This document shows positions 32,555-42,451 of a stretch of DNA of 64,000 nt, in pieces. Location of the stretch: contig JBGARZ010000017.1 in the NCBI GenBank assembly GCA_044229975.1, forward strand, positions 32,001 through 96,000. Direction: 5' to 3'. The notes below the pieces were generated by a model. The model did no database searches. It had not been told where the DNA came from and saw only the letters and a list, made by a program, of their open reading frames with translations. This DNA is from Polyangiales bacterium. Its GTDB lineage: Bacteria > Myxococcota_A > Polyangia > Polyangiales > Ga0077539. How positions within the stretch are numbered: position 1 is the first letter of the stretch; the number at the start of each line of letters is the position of its first letter. The translations under genes were made by a program, and so were the position numbers.

Positions 32555-32920
32555 ATGCGCGGCCCGATCCCGATCCTGAAGGTGGGGCCCAACCTCCTCA
32601 CCACCATCCACGTCGAGCTCAACGACTCGGTGGCCGAGGCGTTTCAGCGCGACGTGCTCAGCGCCATCGAGCGCACCAGCGCCGGGGGCCTGGTGATCGA
32701 CATCTCCTCGCTGGAGGACGTCGACACCTACGTCGCGCGGCTGCTCGCCGAGACCGGCCGGATGGCGGCGCTCATGGGCACCCGCACCGTGCTGGTGGGC
32801 ATGCGCCCGGAGGTGGCCGCGACGCTGGTGCGCATGGGCTACGCGATGGACGGCGTGGAGACGGCGCTGGACGTCGACCGCGGCATCGCGCGCCTCGCGG
32901 CCCTGCGCGGAGGGGCGTAG
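32555..32920 (+). CDS. rsbS: Stressosome STAS antagonist RsbS
   Basis: IPILKVG, GLVIDIS, VDTYVA, GMRPEVAATLV. Confidence 0.9.
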   Translation: MRGPIPILKVGPNLLTTIHVELNDSVAEAFQRDVLSAIERTSAGGLVIDISSLEDVDTYVARLLAETGRMAALMGTRTVLVGMRPEVAATLVRMGYAMDGVETALDVDRGIARLAALRGGA

Positions 32921-32928
32921 GCGGGCCC

Positions 32929-33345
32929 ATGGCGGTGCAGATCATCGACGCGGTGGAGCTGCCCATCCGCTACGAGACGGACATCGCGGACGTGCGTCGC
33001 CGGGCGCGAGCGCTCGCTCAGGGACGGGGCTTCGACTCCTTCGCCACCGCGGCGCTCACCACCGCGGCCTCGGAGATCGCGCGCAACGTCTGGGTGCACG
33101 GCGGCGGCGGCACGGCCCTGCTGGAGGACCTCGCGGACGGTCACCGCGCGGGTGTGCGCCTGACCTTCATCGACGCAGGCCCTGGGATTGCGAATCTCGA
33201 CCGCGTGTTGGTCGGCGGCTTCAGCACGGTGCGCTCGCTCGGCCTCGGCGTGTCGGGTACGCGGCGGCTGGTGGACGAGTTCACCATCGAAACGGCGCCG
33301 GGCCGCGGCACCAAGGTGGTCATCACGAAATGGACGCGCTTCTAG
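32929..33345 (+). CDS. rsbT: Stressosome Ser/Thr kinase RsbT
   Basis: SEIARN, DAGPGI, GGFST..SLGLGVSGTRRLVDEF. Confidence 0.9.
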   Translation: MAVQIIDAVELPIRYETDIADVRRRARALAQGRGFDSFATAALTTAASEIARNVWVHGGGGTALLEDLADGHRAGVRLTFIDAGPGIANLDRVLVGGFSTVRSLGLGVSGTRRLVDEFTIETAPGRGTKVVITKWTRF

Positions 33346-34349
33346 TCGAGCGGTGGCTGGGGGACGGGCCGCGGACCCCGATCTATGATCAGGCCTCGGT
33401 GTCCGTCGTTCGCGAGGCGGTGCGCGCGCTGGGCGTCCGGCTCGGGATGTCGGAGGTGGCGATCGGGTCGCTTGCGATCGTGGTGAGCGAGCTGGCGACC
33501 AATCAGCTCCGGCACGCGCGCGACGGCGCCATCGCGCTTCGCGCCGTGGAGCGCGGTGGGGTCCCGGGCGTCGAGGTGATCGCGGCCGACCGGGGCACCG
33601 GTATCCGCGACGCGGCGGAGGCCATGGACGGCGTGCCACGCACCCACGGGAGCCTCGGCATCGGCCTGTCGGGAGTGCAGCGGCAATCCGACGAGGTCGA
33701 CTTCGACGTGCGGCTGGGGCAGGGCACCTGCGTGCGCGCGCGGAAGTTCGCCGCTGCGGTGGCGCGGCGGCGCGAGGTGGCCGTCCTCGGGCGGAGCTTC
33801 GCGGGCGAGCCCGTGAGCGGCGACGACGCGACCTTCGAGCGGTCGGGTGACCTCCTGGTGCTGGCGCTGGCCGATGGCCTGGGCCACGGGCCTGAGGCGC
33901 TGGTGCCCGCGCGGCGGGCGATCGAGCTGGTGCACGGGGCGCCGGGCGTCGCTCCGGCGACGCTGCTGAGCGACGCGCACGAGGCGCTCCGGGGGTCGCG
34001 CGGCGCGGTGATGGCCGTGGCGCGCATCGACGAGGGGGCGTCGTCGCTCGCCCACGCCGCGGTCGGTAACGTCGTGACGCGCGTCCTCGGCGATCGCGCC
34101 AGCCGTACCTACGGCGACGTCCAGGGGGTGCTGGGGATGGCCGCCCCGCGCCCGCCCCGCGTCGTTGAAGAGGTGGGAGCGCTCGGGCCAAGGGACCTGC
34201 TCGTGATGTGCTCGGACGGCCTGCGCTCGCGCCTCGACCTGGGCGACACGCGGCACCTCGCGTCGCGGCACCCGCTCGTGACGGCCGAGCACATGCTGCG
34301 CCTCTTCGGGCGCGACAACGACGACGCCACGCTGATCGTTGTGCGCTGA
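33330..34349 (+). CDS. rsbX: RsbX-like protein: HATPase domain + SpoIIE/PP2C phosphatase
   Basis: SELATN, DRGTGI; SGDD, ADGLGHG, CSDGL, DDATLIV. Confidence 0.82.
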   Translation: MDALLVERWLGDGPRTPIYDQASVSVVREAVRALGVRLGMSEVAIGSLAIVVSELATNQLRHARDGAIALRAVERGGVPGVEVIAADRGTGIRDAAEAMDGVPRTHGSLGIGLSGVQRQSDEVDFDVRLGQGTCVRARKFAAAVARRREVAVLGRSFAGEPVSGDDATFERSGDLLVLALADGLGHGPEALVPARRAIELVHGAPGVAPATLLSDAHEALRGSRGAVMAVARIDEGASSLAHAAVGNVVTRVLGDRASRTYGDVQGVLGMAAPRPPRVVEEVGALGPRDLLVMCSDGLRSRLDLGDTRHLASRHPLVTAEHMLRLFGRDNDDATLIVVR

Positions 34350-34356
34350 CGGGTCC

Positions 34357-35739
34357 CTACGGGGCGCCGCGGTCCTTCGGCGAGGTGCGACCGTACTCGT
34401 GGAGGCGGTACTGGATCGTACGGATGCTGAGGTCCAGCATCTCGGCGGCCTTCGCGGTGGAGCCGCCCACGGCGTCGAGCGTCGTCTCGATGGCGTGGCG
34501 CTCGATCTGCGCCATCGTCGACCCGGGGATCTGCACCCCCTGCCGACCCGCGACCGCCACCTGGATGGGGAGGTCGTCCTCGTCGATGAGTTCGCCCTCG
34601 GCGAGCACCACGGCGCGCTCGACGGCGTTCTCCAGCTCCCGCACGTTGCCCGGCCAGCGGTGCGACAGGAGCCTCGCCACGGCCCGGTCGGTGAAGCCCT
34701 CGATGGCCTTGCCGTTGTCGCCCGCGAAGCGCGCCAGGAAGTGCCGCGCCAGCGTGAGGATGTCGTTGTCGCGCGCCCGCAGCGGCGGCATCTCCACGTG
34801 CACCACGTTGAGGCGGTAGTAGAGGTCCTCGCGGAAGCGCCGGGCCTCGACCTCCGCGGGCAGGTCGCGGTTGGTGGCCGCGATGAGGCGCACGTCCACC
34901 TTCACGCTCTCGTTGCCGCCCACGCGCTCGAAGGTGCGCTCTTGCAGCACCCGCAAGAGCTTCACCTGGATGGCCATCGGGATCTCCCCGATCTCGTCGA
35001 GGAAGAGCGTCCCGCCGTGGGCCTGCTCGAAGCGCCCCACGCGCCGCCGGTCGGCGCCGGTGAAGCTCCCGCGCTCGTGGCCGAAGAGCTCGCTCTCCAG
35101 CAGCGTCTCGGCGAGCGCCGCGCAGTGCAGCGTCACGAAGGGTTTGCCCGCCCGTGGGCCGCGCGCGTGGATGGCCCGCGCCAGCTCCCCCTTGCCGGTG
35201 CCGCTCTCTCCCGTGATGAGCACCGTCGCCCGCGCCGGGGCGACCTGTGCGGCCACCTTGTAGACCTTCTGCATCGCGGGAGAGGCACCGATGAGGCCCT
35301 CCAGGCCCCGGGCGTCGCGCTCGCTGAGCTGCCGCCGCAGCTGGCTCGCCTCGGCGCGAACGTCGCGGTGCTCGATGGCGCGGTCGACGGCGACCTGGAG
35401 CTCGTCAAAATCGACGGGCTTCATCAGGTAGTGCTCGGCGCCCTGCCGCATCGCCGCGACGGCGGAGGCCACGTCGTGCGAGGCCGTCACCATGATCACC
35501 GGGAGGTCGGGGTACTGCGCGCGCAGCTTGCCCAGCAGCTCGATGCCGTCCATGCGGGGCATCTTCAGGTCGGTGACGACCACGTCGGGACAGGTCTCGG
35601 CGGCGCGCTCCAGCGCTGCCACGCCGTCGGCCGCGGTCTCGACCTCATAGCCCTCCAGGCGAAGCAGCTTTTCCAGCCCCGAGCGCGCCGCCTCCTCGTC
35701 GTCGACCACCAGAACCCTGATCTTCGATTTGCCGCTCAA
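34357..35739 (-). CDS. Sigma54-dependent response regulator (REC-AAA-HTH; NtrC family, NmpR-like)
   Basis: [46 protein letters not shown]-terminal HTH; TTG start after GGAGG. Confidence 0.93.
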   Translation of the reverse strand: MSGKSKIRVLVVDDEEAARSGLEKLLRLEGYEVETAADGVAALERAAETCPDVVVTDLKMPRMDGIELLGKLRAQYPDLPVIMVTASHDVASAVAAMRQGAEHYLMKPVDFDELQVAVDRAIEHRDVRAEASQLRRQLSERDARGLEGLIGASPAMQKVYKVAAQVAPARATVLITGESGTGKGELARAIHARGPRAGKPFVTLHCAALAETLLESELFGHERGSFTGADRRRVGRFEQAHGGTLFLDEIGEIPMAIQVKLLRVLQERTFERVGGNESVKVDVRLIAATNRDLPAEVEARRFREDLYYRLNVVHVEMPPLRARDNDILTLARHFLARFAGDNGKAIEGFTDRAVARLLSHRWPGNVRELENAVERAVVLAEGELIDEDDLPIQVAVAGRQGVQIPGSTMAQIERHAIETTLDAVGGSTAKAAEMLDLSIRTIQYRLHEYGRTSPKDRGAP

Positions 35740-35832
35740 GATTCCTCCATCACACCGCGTCGGTTGAACGAGCGCGCGGGCGGACGGTCGCACGGTGGAG
35801 CTGGACCGGACAACCGTGAACCCCACCCCGCC

Positions 35833-35868
35833 GCGCGCCGATTGCGCCCCTCAGCGCACCGCCTGCGC
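35833..35868. promoter_or_regulatory. Tandem enhancer sites (GCGCA-N5-TGCGC)
   Basis: GCGCGccgatTGCGC and GCGCAccgccTGCGC, 21 bp apart, next to the activator gene itself. Confidence 0.65.
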
Positions 35869-35899
35869 CGCGTCCCATCCACCTCCTTCCGGCGCAGGG

Positions 35900-35915
35900 C
35901 GGCACGGGGGCTGCG
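35900..35915 (+). promoter_or_regulatory. Putative sigma54 -24/-12 promoter
   Basis: CGGCACGGGGGCTGCG upstream of 35929. Confidence 0.65.
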
Positions 35916-35928
35916 TTGGGTGCGGCCC

Positions 35929-36354
35929 ATGTCGAAGTCCATCCCAGCCATCCAGAAGTACATGACCACCGCGCCCCACTCGATCGGGGTCGATCAGCCG
36001 ATGAGCCGCGCGCACGCCGTGATGCGCGAGCACCGCATCCGGCACCTCCCGGTGCTCTCGGGCGGCCGCCTGATGGGCGTCGTCAGCGAGCGCGACCTCC
36101 ACATCATGGAGACGATCTCGGGGGTCGACCCTAGGACCGTCGGCGTCAACGAGGCGATGTCTACGGTCGTCTACGCGGTGCCGCCAGACGCGCCCCTCGA
36201 CGAGGTCGCCCTGGAGATGGCCGAACACCGGTACGGCTGCGTCGTGGTGATGGAGCACGAGAAGGTTGTCGGCATCTTCACCACCGTCGACCTCGCGCGC
36301 GTCCTCGCGGAGCTGCTCCAGGGCCGCCTGGGCAAGGAGGGGCGCGCGGCATGA
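35929..36354 (+). CDS. CBS domain protein
   Basis: YMTTAP, HRIRHLPV, GVVSERD, VGIFTTVD. Confidence 0.9.
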   Translation: MSKSIPAIQKYMTTAPHSIGVDQPMSRAHAVMREHRIRHLPVLSGGRLMGVVSERDLHIMETISGVDPRTVGVNEAMSTVVYAVPPDAPLDEVALEMAEHRYGCVVVMEHEKVVGIFTTVDLARVLAELLQGRLGKEGRAA

Positions 36355-36403
36355 AGGCTGCTCAAGGACAGTCGTGTACAACCACGTTGAGGGAGATGCG
36401 AAC

Positions 36404-37162
36404 ATGAAGCGCTTCGAAGACAAGGTCGTGTTGGTGACGGGCGGCGGCGCGGGCATCGGCCGCGCGGCGGCCCTGGCCTTCGCGCGTGAGGGCGCCGCGG
36501 TGATGATCGGCGACCTGAGCGCCGAGGGAGAGGAGGTGCTCGGGGAGATCCGGGCGGCGGGGGGCTCCGCGCGCTTCATGCGCTGTGACGTCTCGGAGCC
36601 GTCGGCCGTCGAGGCGCTGGTGTCCGCCGCGGTCTCCACCTTCGGGGGCTTGGACGTAGCGTTCAACAACGCTGGCGTGGAGGGCGCCTCGGCGCCGACC
36701 GAGTCGTACCCCCTCGACGCCTGGAACCGCGTGATCGCCACCAACCTCACGGGGGTGTTCCTGTGCATGCGGGCGCAGATCCCCTACCTGCGCACGCGCG
36801 GCGGCGGGGCCATCGTCAACAACGCCTCCATCCTCGGTCACGTGGCCTTCGCCAACGCCCCCGCCTACGTCGCCGCCAAGCACGGGCTCATCGGGCTCAC
36901 CAAGGCTGCGGCTCTGGAGAACGCGCCTCACGGCGTGCGCGTCAACGCCGTCTGCCCGGCCTTCATCGACACCCCCATGCTCACCCGCGCCGGCCTCACC
37001 GCAGATCCCGCCGCCCGCGCGGCGGTCGAGGCGATGCACCCGGTCCACCGGCTCGGACGAGCCGAGGAGGTTGCGGCGGCCGTGCTCTGGCTCGCCTCGG
37101 CCGAGGCATCGTTCGTCACCGGGACCGCGATGCTGGTAGACGGCGGCTACGTCGCGCAGTAG
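36404..37162 (+). CDS. Short-chain dehydrogenase/reductase
   Basis: TGGGAGIG, NNAG, YVAAK (YxxxK), VDGGY. Confidence 0.93.
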   Translation: MKRFEDKVVLVTGGGAGIGRAAALAFAREGAAVMIGDLSAEGEEVLGEIRAAGGSARFMRCDVSEPSAVEALVSAAVSTFGGLDVAFNNAGVEGASAPTESYPLDAWNRVIATNLTGVFLCMRAQIPYLRTRGGGAIVNNASILGHVAFANAPAYVAAKHGLIGLTKAAALENAPHGVRVNAVCPAFIDTPMLTRAGLTADPAARAAVEAMHPVHRLGRAEEVAAAVLWLASAEASFVTGTAMLVDGGYVAQ

Positions 37163-37179
37163 GCGCGACGGAACGCGAC

Positions 37180-38808
37180 ATGGCCGACCCGCCCGCCGAG
37201 ACCCTGTTCGGGGAGATGAAGCGCTACGTGCGCTTTTCGGACGACGACGCCCGCGCGCTGGCCGCCTTCGGCGAGGTCGCTGCGCCCCACTTCGAGCGCA
37301 TCGCGGCGGAGTTCTACGAGCGGGTGCGCGAGCACGAGGAGGCGCACGCGGTCTTCACCGGCGAGGCGCAGATCGAGCGGCTGCGGCGCACCCTGGTGCG
37401 CTGGATGGAGCGGCTCTGCTCCGGCCCCCACGACGAGGGCTACTACGCCGAGCGGGCTCGCATCGGTCGGGTCCATGTTCGCATCGGGCTCCCGCAGCGG
37501 TACATGTTCACGGCCATGGCGCTGATGCGCGGCGCCTTCGAGCACCTGGCCGAGGGGATGGCCGCGGGGGAGGCGACGGCAGCCCGCACGGCGCTCTCGC
37601 GGGTGCTCGACCTGGAGCTCGCCATCATGCTGGAGACCTACCGCGAGGACTATGTTGAGCGCCTCCAGCGCACCGCGCGGCAGGAGAACGACCGCCTGCG
37701 CGGCGAGCTCGCGCGCAGCGAGCACCGGGCCGCGAGCGCGGTCGCGTTCGCCCGGGTGATGGTGGTGGGGACGGACGCCGCGGGCGTGATCGTGCTCTTC
37801 AACCACGAGGCCGAACGGGTCACCGGCTACGCCGCGGACGAGGCGCTGGGCCGGGCCTTCGTCGACCTGCTCGTGCCCGAGTCGCTGCGCGACGGCGACG
37901 GCGACGACGCGCGCTTCCTGCGGGCCGCCGCGGGCTCCTCGTCGACCCCCGAGGTCTGGGATGCGCCGGTCCGGGTGCGCTCGGGTCGCGAACGACTGGT
38001 GCGTTGGCTCCTCTCGCCGGTGCCGCCCACGCCCGACGACACGGCCACGCTCTACGCCGTCGGCCGCGACGTTACGGACGAGAACGTCTTGTGGGAGCGG
38101 ACGCGCCAGAGTGAGCGCCTCGCCGCGGTGGGCACGCTCGCGGCGGGCCTCGCGCACGAGATCCGCAACCCCCTCAACGGCGCGCTGCTGCACGTCACCT
38201 ACCTGGAGCGCGCCCTGCGGCGCTCGGACGGCACCCCTGACGCCCTGGAGGCGGCGCGCTTCATCGGCGTCGAGATCCAGCGGCTGTCAGCGCTGGTGCG
38301 GGACTTCCTCGTCTTCGCGCGCCCCGCCCCGCCCGACCGCCGGGCCCGCTCGCTGCCGGAGGTCTGCCGGCGCGCGGCCGCGTTGGTGACCGGGGACGCC
38401 GAGCGTGCGAAGGCCGCCATCGCCCTCGACCTGCCCGCCGCCGACCTCATGGTCCAGATCGACGCCGACAAGATCGAGCAGGTGCTGCTGAACCTCCTGC
38501 GCAACGCCCTCGACGCCGTCGGCGGCGCGGGCGGCGGCCGGGTCACGCTGCGGGCGCGCCGGGAGCCGCGCCAGGCCCTCGTCGAGGTCGAGGACGACGG
38601 GCCGGGGCTCCCCTCGCCCGACGCGCCCATCTTCGACGCGTTCTACACGACCCGTCCGCAGGGCACCGGCCTCGGGCTCGCCATCGTGCACCGCGCGGTG
38701 AGCGACCACGGCGGGACCGTCGAGGTCGAGAGCCGCATGGGGCGCACCGTGTTCCGGGTGCACCTGCCGCTGGGGGGTGGAGCGACAGAGTCACCGGCGG
38801 CGCCCTGA
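37180..38808 (+). CDS. Globin-coupled sensor histidine kinase (protoglobin-PAS-HisKA-HATPase; NmpU-like)
   Basis: FYE...RARIGRVHVRIGL protoglobin; PAS; AHEIRNPL, DDGPG, GTGLGL. Confidence 0.9.
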   Translation: MADPPAETLFGEMKRYVRFSDDDARALAAFGEVAAPHFERIAAEFYERVREHEEAHAVFTGEAQIERLRRTLVRWMERLCSGPHDEGYYAERARIGRVHVRIGLPQRYMFTAMALMRGAFEHLAEGMAAGEATAARTALSRVLDLELAIMLETYREDYVERLQRTARQENDRLRGELARSEHRAASAVAFARVMVVGTDAAGVIVLFNHEAERVTGYAADEALGRAFVDLLVPESLRDGDGDDARFLRAAAGSSSTPEVWDAPVRVRSGRERLVRWLLSPVPPTPDDTATLYAVGRDVTDENVLWERTRQSERLAAVGTLAAGLAHEIRNPLNGALLHVTYLERALRRSDGTPDALEAARFIGVEIQRLSALVRDFLVFARPAPPDRRARSLPEVCRRAAALVTGDAERAKAAIALDLPAADLMVQIDADKIEQVLLNLLRNALDAVGGAGGGRVTLRARREPRQALVEVEDDGPGLPSPDAPIFDAFYTTRPQGTGLGLAIVHRAVSDHGGTVEVESRMGRTVFRVHLPLGGGATESPAAP

Positions 38809-39483
38809 TCAGGCGTCCGCGAAGCGGGGCCGGAGCACGTGGTTCTCCAGGTGGACGTGCGTGAAGACGTCGCGCTCGACCTGTGCGAGCTCGGAGAGGA
38901 GCGTGCGGTAGCTGTTGCACGCCCAGGCGGGCGGCGCGAACCCGTCGGCCGCGGCGTGAACCCTCTCCAGCAGCCCCGCCACCGCCAGGTGCTCGCCCTG
39001 CATCGCGGCGAGCCCCTCGGCCACCTCCGCCCGGTCGGTCCGCCTCGCGGTGAGCGCGGGGAAGAGGGTAGCCTCCTCGTCGTCGAGGTGAACCAGCAGC
39101 GCGGCGGAGAGCGCTTCCACCCCGGCCTTCAGTTCGCGGAGCTTCGGGTTGCGGTCGCCGTGGACTCGGCTCACCTTGGCAGCGAGGGCGCTGGCGAAGG
39201 GCAGCGCCCGGCGGAGGTACTCATGGTGCTTCGCGACGATGTGCGCGACGAGCCGCGGGGTGGAGAGCGTGCGCGGGTCGACCTGCGAGTCGCCGCGGCG
39301 CTCCGCGATGGCCGCGGACAGCTCCGCGACGAGGGCGTCGACGGCGAGGCCCCTCCCCTCCGCCGCTGCCTCGACGCTGATGTCACCGCGGCAGCAGAAG
39401 TCGATGCGGTTGCGCTGGAAGACCTCGGCGCACTCCGAGTGGTCGAGGACGAGGGAGGCGACGGTCTGTTGGCGATCGAGCAT
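38809..39483 (-). CDS. ric: Iron-sulfur cluster repair di-iron protein (RIC/YtfE/ScdA)
   Basis: IDFCCRG, HHEYLR, HLDDEE, HVHLENHVL. Confidence 0.92.
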   Translation of the reverse strand: MLDRQQTVASLVLDHSECAEVFQRNRIDFCCRGDISVEAAAEGRGLAVDALVAELSAAIAERRGDSQVDPRTLSTPRLVAHIVAKHHEYLRRALPFASALAAKVSRVHGDRNPKLRELKAGVEALSAALLVHLDDEEATLFPALTARRTDRAEVAEGLAAMQGEHLAVAGLLERVHAAADGFAPPAWACNSYRTLLSELAQVERDVFTHVHLENHVLRPRFADA

Positions 39484-39513
39484 GGTCAGGAACTCCTTCC
39501 AGCGGCGATACCC

Positions 39514-39529
39514 AGCAGCGGTCGTACCA
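39514..39529 (-). promoter_or_regulatory. Putative sigma54 -24/-12 promoter
   Basis: TGGTACGACCGCTGCT upstream of ric. Confidence 0.65.
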
Positions 39530-39571
39530 ACGCAGCAACCCCGGTCCCGACCCGCGGCGGGCGGCGCCCCG

Positions 39572-39607
39572 GCGAAGGTCTTGCGCCGGCCGGCGCAGAC
39601 CCTGCGT
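39572..39607. promoter_or_regulatory. Tandem enhancer sites (GCGCA-N5-TGCGC-like)
   Basis: GCGAAggtctTGCGC and GCGCAgacccTGCGT, 21 bp apart. Confidence 0.6.
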
Positions 39608-39972
39608 CAGCAGCGGTCGTGGGGGTTGGGGAAGGCGTCGTCGTCGCTCTCGCCGCTGCGGGTCTTCAGGCAGGCGAAGTCCTTCTCGACGAGCACCCGC
39701 AGCGACGCTCCTTCCCCCACCGGCTGCGACCCCTCGATGGCCACACGGTCGGTCTCGCACCACTCCCGCGCGACGACCTCGGGGACGGTGACCACCACGC
39801 GCGCGCCGTCGAGCCGCGCCGACAGCGCGTCACCCAGCTCCAGCGCGTACGACAGCCGGGCGTCCGCGCCGAAGCGCACCGCCTCCTCAACGCGGCCGTC
39901 GCGCCCGAAGGCCTCCACCTCGCTGCGCGTCAGCCGCAGCCGCAACGAGTCTCCGCGCATCCTCAGCTTCAT
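39607..39972 (-). CDS. Conserved hypothetical protein
   Basis: MKLRMRGDSLRLRLTRSEV...VEKDFACL...FPNP; ATGA-coupled to mobA. Confidence 0.75.
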   Translation of the reverse strand: MKLRMRGDSLRLRLTRSEVEAFGRDGRVEEAVRFGADARLSYALELGDALSARLDGARVVVTVPEVVAREWCETDRVAIEGSQPVGEGASLRVLVEKDFACLKTRSGESDDDAFPNPHDRC

Positions 39973-40535
39973 CGTCGCTCCATGTCCTCGGGCGTGTCCC
40001 AGTCGTCGAGCAGCCGCTGCTCGCCCAGCGAGAGCGGCAGCTCCGCGGCGCCGAGCGCGTCGAGCAGCCCTTGTGTCGAGCGCGCCCCGGCCTCCAGACG
40101 GCTCAGCGCCGTGGGGAGCGCGCGCGGGGCGTCATAGCGGGCGAACATCGGCTCCCAACGCCCGCCGCGCCGGGCGGCCACGGCGGGGCCCGGGGCGTCG
40201 GCCGCGAGGAGGGCGCCGAGCAGCGCGCGCGTGACGAAGGGCATGTCGCAGCCGAGGGCGACGCACCGGCCCCCACCGGCCCGGCGGAGCAGCGCCACGA
40301 GCCCTCCCAGCGGGCCGACGCCGGCGGGTTCGTCGTCGAGGGTCTCCACGCCGAGGTGCGCGTACTCGGGACGCCGGCCGACCAGCACGCAGGGGACCGA
40401 GAGCGCCACGCAGTGCCCCCGCAGCCCCTCGACCAGCGCCGCCCCGGTGGGCCCCGGAAGGAGCCCCTTCGGGCGGCCGCCGAAGCGGACAGAGGCGCCG
40501 CCGACGAAGATCCCTGCGACGACCGCGTGCGTCAT
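39969..40535 (-). CDS. mobA: Molybdenum cofactor guanylyltransferase
   Basis: GGASVRFGGRPKG, GPLGG, CDMPFV, DTPED. Confidence 0.85.
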   Translation of the reverse strand: MTHAVVAGIFVGGASVRFGGRPKGLLPGPTGAALVEGLRGHCVALSVPCVLVGRRPEYAHLGVETLDDEPAGVGPLGGLVALLRRAGGGRCVALGCDMPFVTRALLGALLAADAPGPAVAARRGGRWEPMFARYDAPRALPTALSRLEAGARSTQGLLDALGAAELPLSLGEQRLLDDWDTPEDMERR

Positions 40536-41572
40536 CGCTCGCGCCACGCCTTCGGGAGGTTCGTCGCCATGCCCGCGAAGGCGAGGGCCCAGGCCGCCAG
40601 GGCGACGAACACGAAGGCCCTGGGGATGGCGAAGAGGAAGGGCGCGTCCACGGCGCGGGAGAGCCGGGCCGTCGCCGCGGTGTACATCCCGAGCGGGAAG
40701 ACTGCGCCCCAATAGAGCGCGTCGTAACGCAGCGGGAAGCGCTTGTAGACGTGCCGCCACGCGCCCAGCACGAGCAGCATCGGGATCCACCAGGTGGCCG
40801 TCGACCACCACAGGAGCGTGAAGCCGCGCACGAAGGGAAGCACCTGCGTGAGCACGGGCGAGTGCGCCGCCGCCGCGACCAGCGACGCGCCTGCGAGGGT
40901 GGTGATGGCCGCGGCGCCCATGTTGACCCAGTAGGGCGGCGCGAGGTCGGAGGGCGCGAGGGTAAAGAAGGTGTAGCGGTAGAAGATGAGCGCGATGATC
41001 CAGAGGTAGAGCATCGCGCCGCCGAGCCACATCGCGAGGCAGAAGAAGAGCGCCTCGGCCCGGTGCGACGCGAAGCCTGGCGCGAGCTGCGCGCCGAGGG
41101 CGGCCACCGACTGCGCCGCGACGACGGAGACGAGCCAGCCACCGTTGATGCCCTCGGCGAGCGAGGGCTTCTCGGGCTTCACCGTGAGGAGCGCGAACAC
41201 CCCGTAGGTGAGCGCCGCCCAGAGCGCGATGCCAAACCCCCAGAGGGCCGCCGCGGCGCGCGGGGCGTCGCCCACCAGGAGGCACTGCGAGCCCAGCACG
41301 GAGGTGGCCGCGACGGCGGTGAAGAAGCCCACCGAGCGGCCGTGGTGCAGCAGGTCGGCGACCACGCGGTCGCGGTGGAGGGCCACGCGCGCCAGGGTGA
41401 GCGCCCACACCGCGGGGTAGAGGGCGAGGTTGAGCGCGAAGAGGGCGGCGGCGAGGGTGCGGTAGCCGACGAGGTGCGACGCGACGGAGACGATGCCCGT
41501 GGCCATCACGAGCGCGAACTGCGCCGGGTGCATGGTCGCGAGGGACCCGGAGGGTGCGTCGCGGGCCGTCAT
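40532..41572 (-). CDS. TDT/SLAC1 family (tellurite-resistance/dicarboxylate) transporter
   Basis: FALVMATGIVS, PPYWVNMGAAAIT, YWGAVFPLGMY; about 10 TMs. Confidence 0.88.
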   Translation of the reverse strand: MTARDAPSGSLATMHPAQFALVMATGIVSVASHLVGYRTLAAALFALNLALYPAVWALTLARVALHRDRVVADLLHHGRSVGFFTAVAATSVLGSQCLLVGDAPRAAAALWGFGIALWAALTYGVFALLTVKPEKPSLAEGINGGWLVSVVAAQSVAALGAQLAPGFASHRAEALFFCLAMWLGGAMLYLWIIALIFYRYTFFTLAPSDLAPPYWVNMGAAAITTLAGASLVAAAAHSPVLTQVLPFVRGFTLLWWSTATWWIPMLLVLGAWRHVYKRFPLRYDALYWGAVFPLGMYTAATARLSRAVDAPFLFAIPRAFVFVALAAWALAFAGMATNLPKAWRER

Positions 41573-41793
41573 CCCAGCGAGTCGAGGTGGCGGAGCAGGC
41601 CGAGGTTGAGCAGCAGGCACGCGAGGCTCGCGGCCAGCGCCGGCCACACGACCGCGGCGTCGCCGCCGAGCCAGGCGTTCATCGTGGCGGTGAGCAGCCA
41701 GAGCTGCAGCACCACGAGCGTCAGCACGAAGCAGAGCACCCCGTAAACGACGGTGGTGCGCTGGGCCCGGGTGAGGTGCCGCTTCAGCCCCAA
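41569..41793 (-). CDS. Small two-TM membrane protein (DUF6755-like)
   Basis: LQLWLLTATMNAWLGG motif, two hydrophobic helices. Confidence 0.7.
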   Translation of the reverse strand: MGLKRHLTRAQRTTVVYGVLCFVLTLVVLQLWLLTATMNAWLGGDAAVVWPALAASLACLLLNLGLLRHLDSLG

Positions 41794-41794
41794 G

Positions 41795-42448
41795 TCACAC
41801 CGTCCTCGCGGTGACGCCCACGGCGTACACGTCGTCGCCCACGACCTCGAGCTCGACCTTCGGCAGCGGGCGCGGGGGCGGCCCGGCGACGTTGCGCCCC
41901 GTGCGCAGGTCGAAGTATCCGTGGTGGCAGGGGCAGACCAGCGTCCCCCCGGCGAAGTCGGGCACCACCGCGCAGGACAGGTGTGTGCACGCCTGGCTGA
42001 AGGCCACCACCGTCTCAGCGTCCGGGCGCAGCAGCAGGCACGCGTCGTGGTCGCCCGGGTAGTGGAACATCTTCGCGGTCCCCACGGGCACCTCGCCCAG
42101 CGACGCGACCTTCACCCGCGGCGGCGCGCGGCGGGCGCGCACGAGGTGCTGCCCGGCGATCCACGCCTGCCCAACCACGAAGGCCCCGCTGGTGAGCACC
42201 AGGAACTTCGCGAGGTCGCGCCGCGCCACGTACTGGTCCTGCGGCCAGTCGATGGGGAAGTCCTGGCGCCACCGGGGCTGCTCGCCCATCGGGCGCCCGT
42301 CGGGGGCGACCGTAACGTCGTCGGGGTCGCGCGTGGGGGCGTACACGTCCGAGCGCGCGGTGCCCGTGAGCCCCTCGCGGCCGGGCGAGTCGACGCGGGG
42401 GTCGAGCGCCCGGTCCTGCTCGAAGCGGCGCTGCGGGTCGTCAGGCAC
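41795..42448 (-). CDS. Membrane-anchored Rieske [2Fe-2S] protein
   Basis: CTHLSC and CPCH boxes, GPPPRPL; RRDLAKFL plus hydrophobic helix (possible Tat anchor). Confidence 0.9.
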   Translation of the reverse strand: MPDDPQRRFEQDRALDPRVDSPGREGLTGTARSDVYAPTRDPDDVTVAPDGRPMGEQPRWRQDFPIDWPQDQYVARRDLAKFLVLTSGAFVVGQAWIAGQHLVRARRAPPRVKVASLGEVPVGTAKMFHYPGDHDACLLLRPDAETVVAFSQACTHLSCAVVPDFAGGTLVCPCHHGYFDLRTGRNVAGPPPRPLPKVELEVVGDDVYAVGVTARTV

Positions 42449-42451
42449 GGC

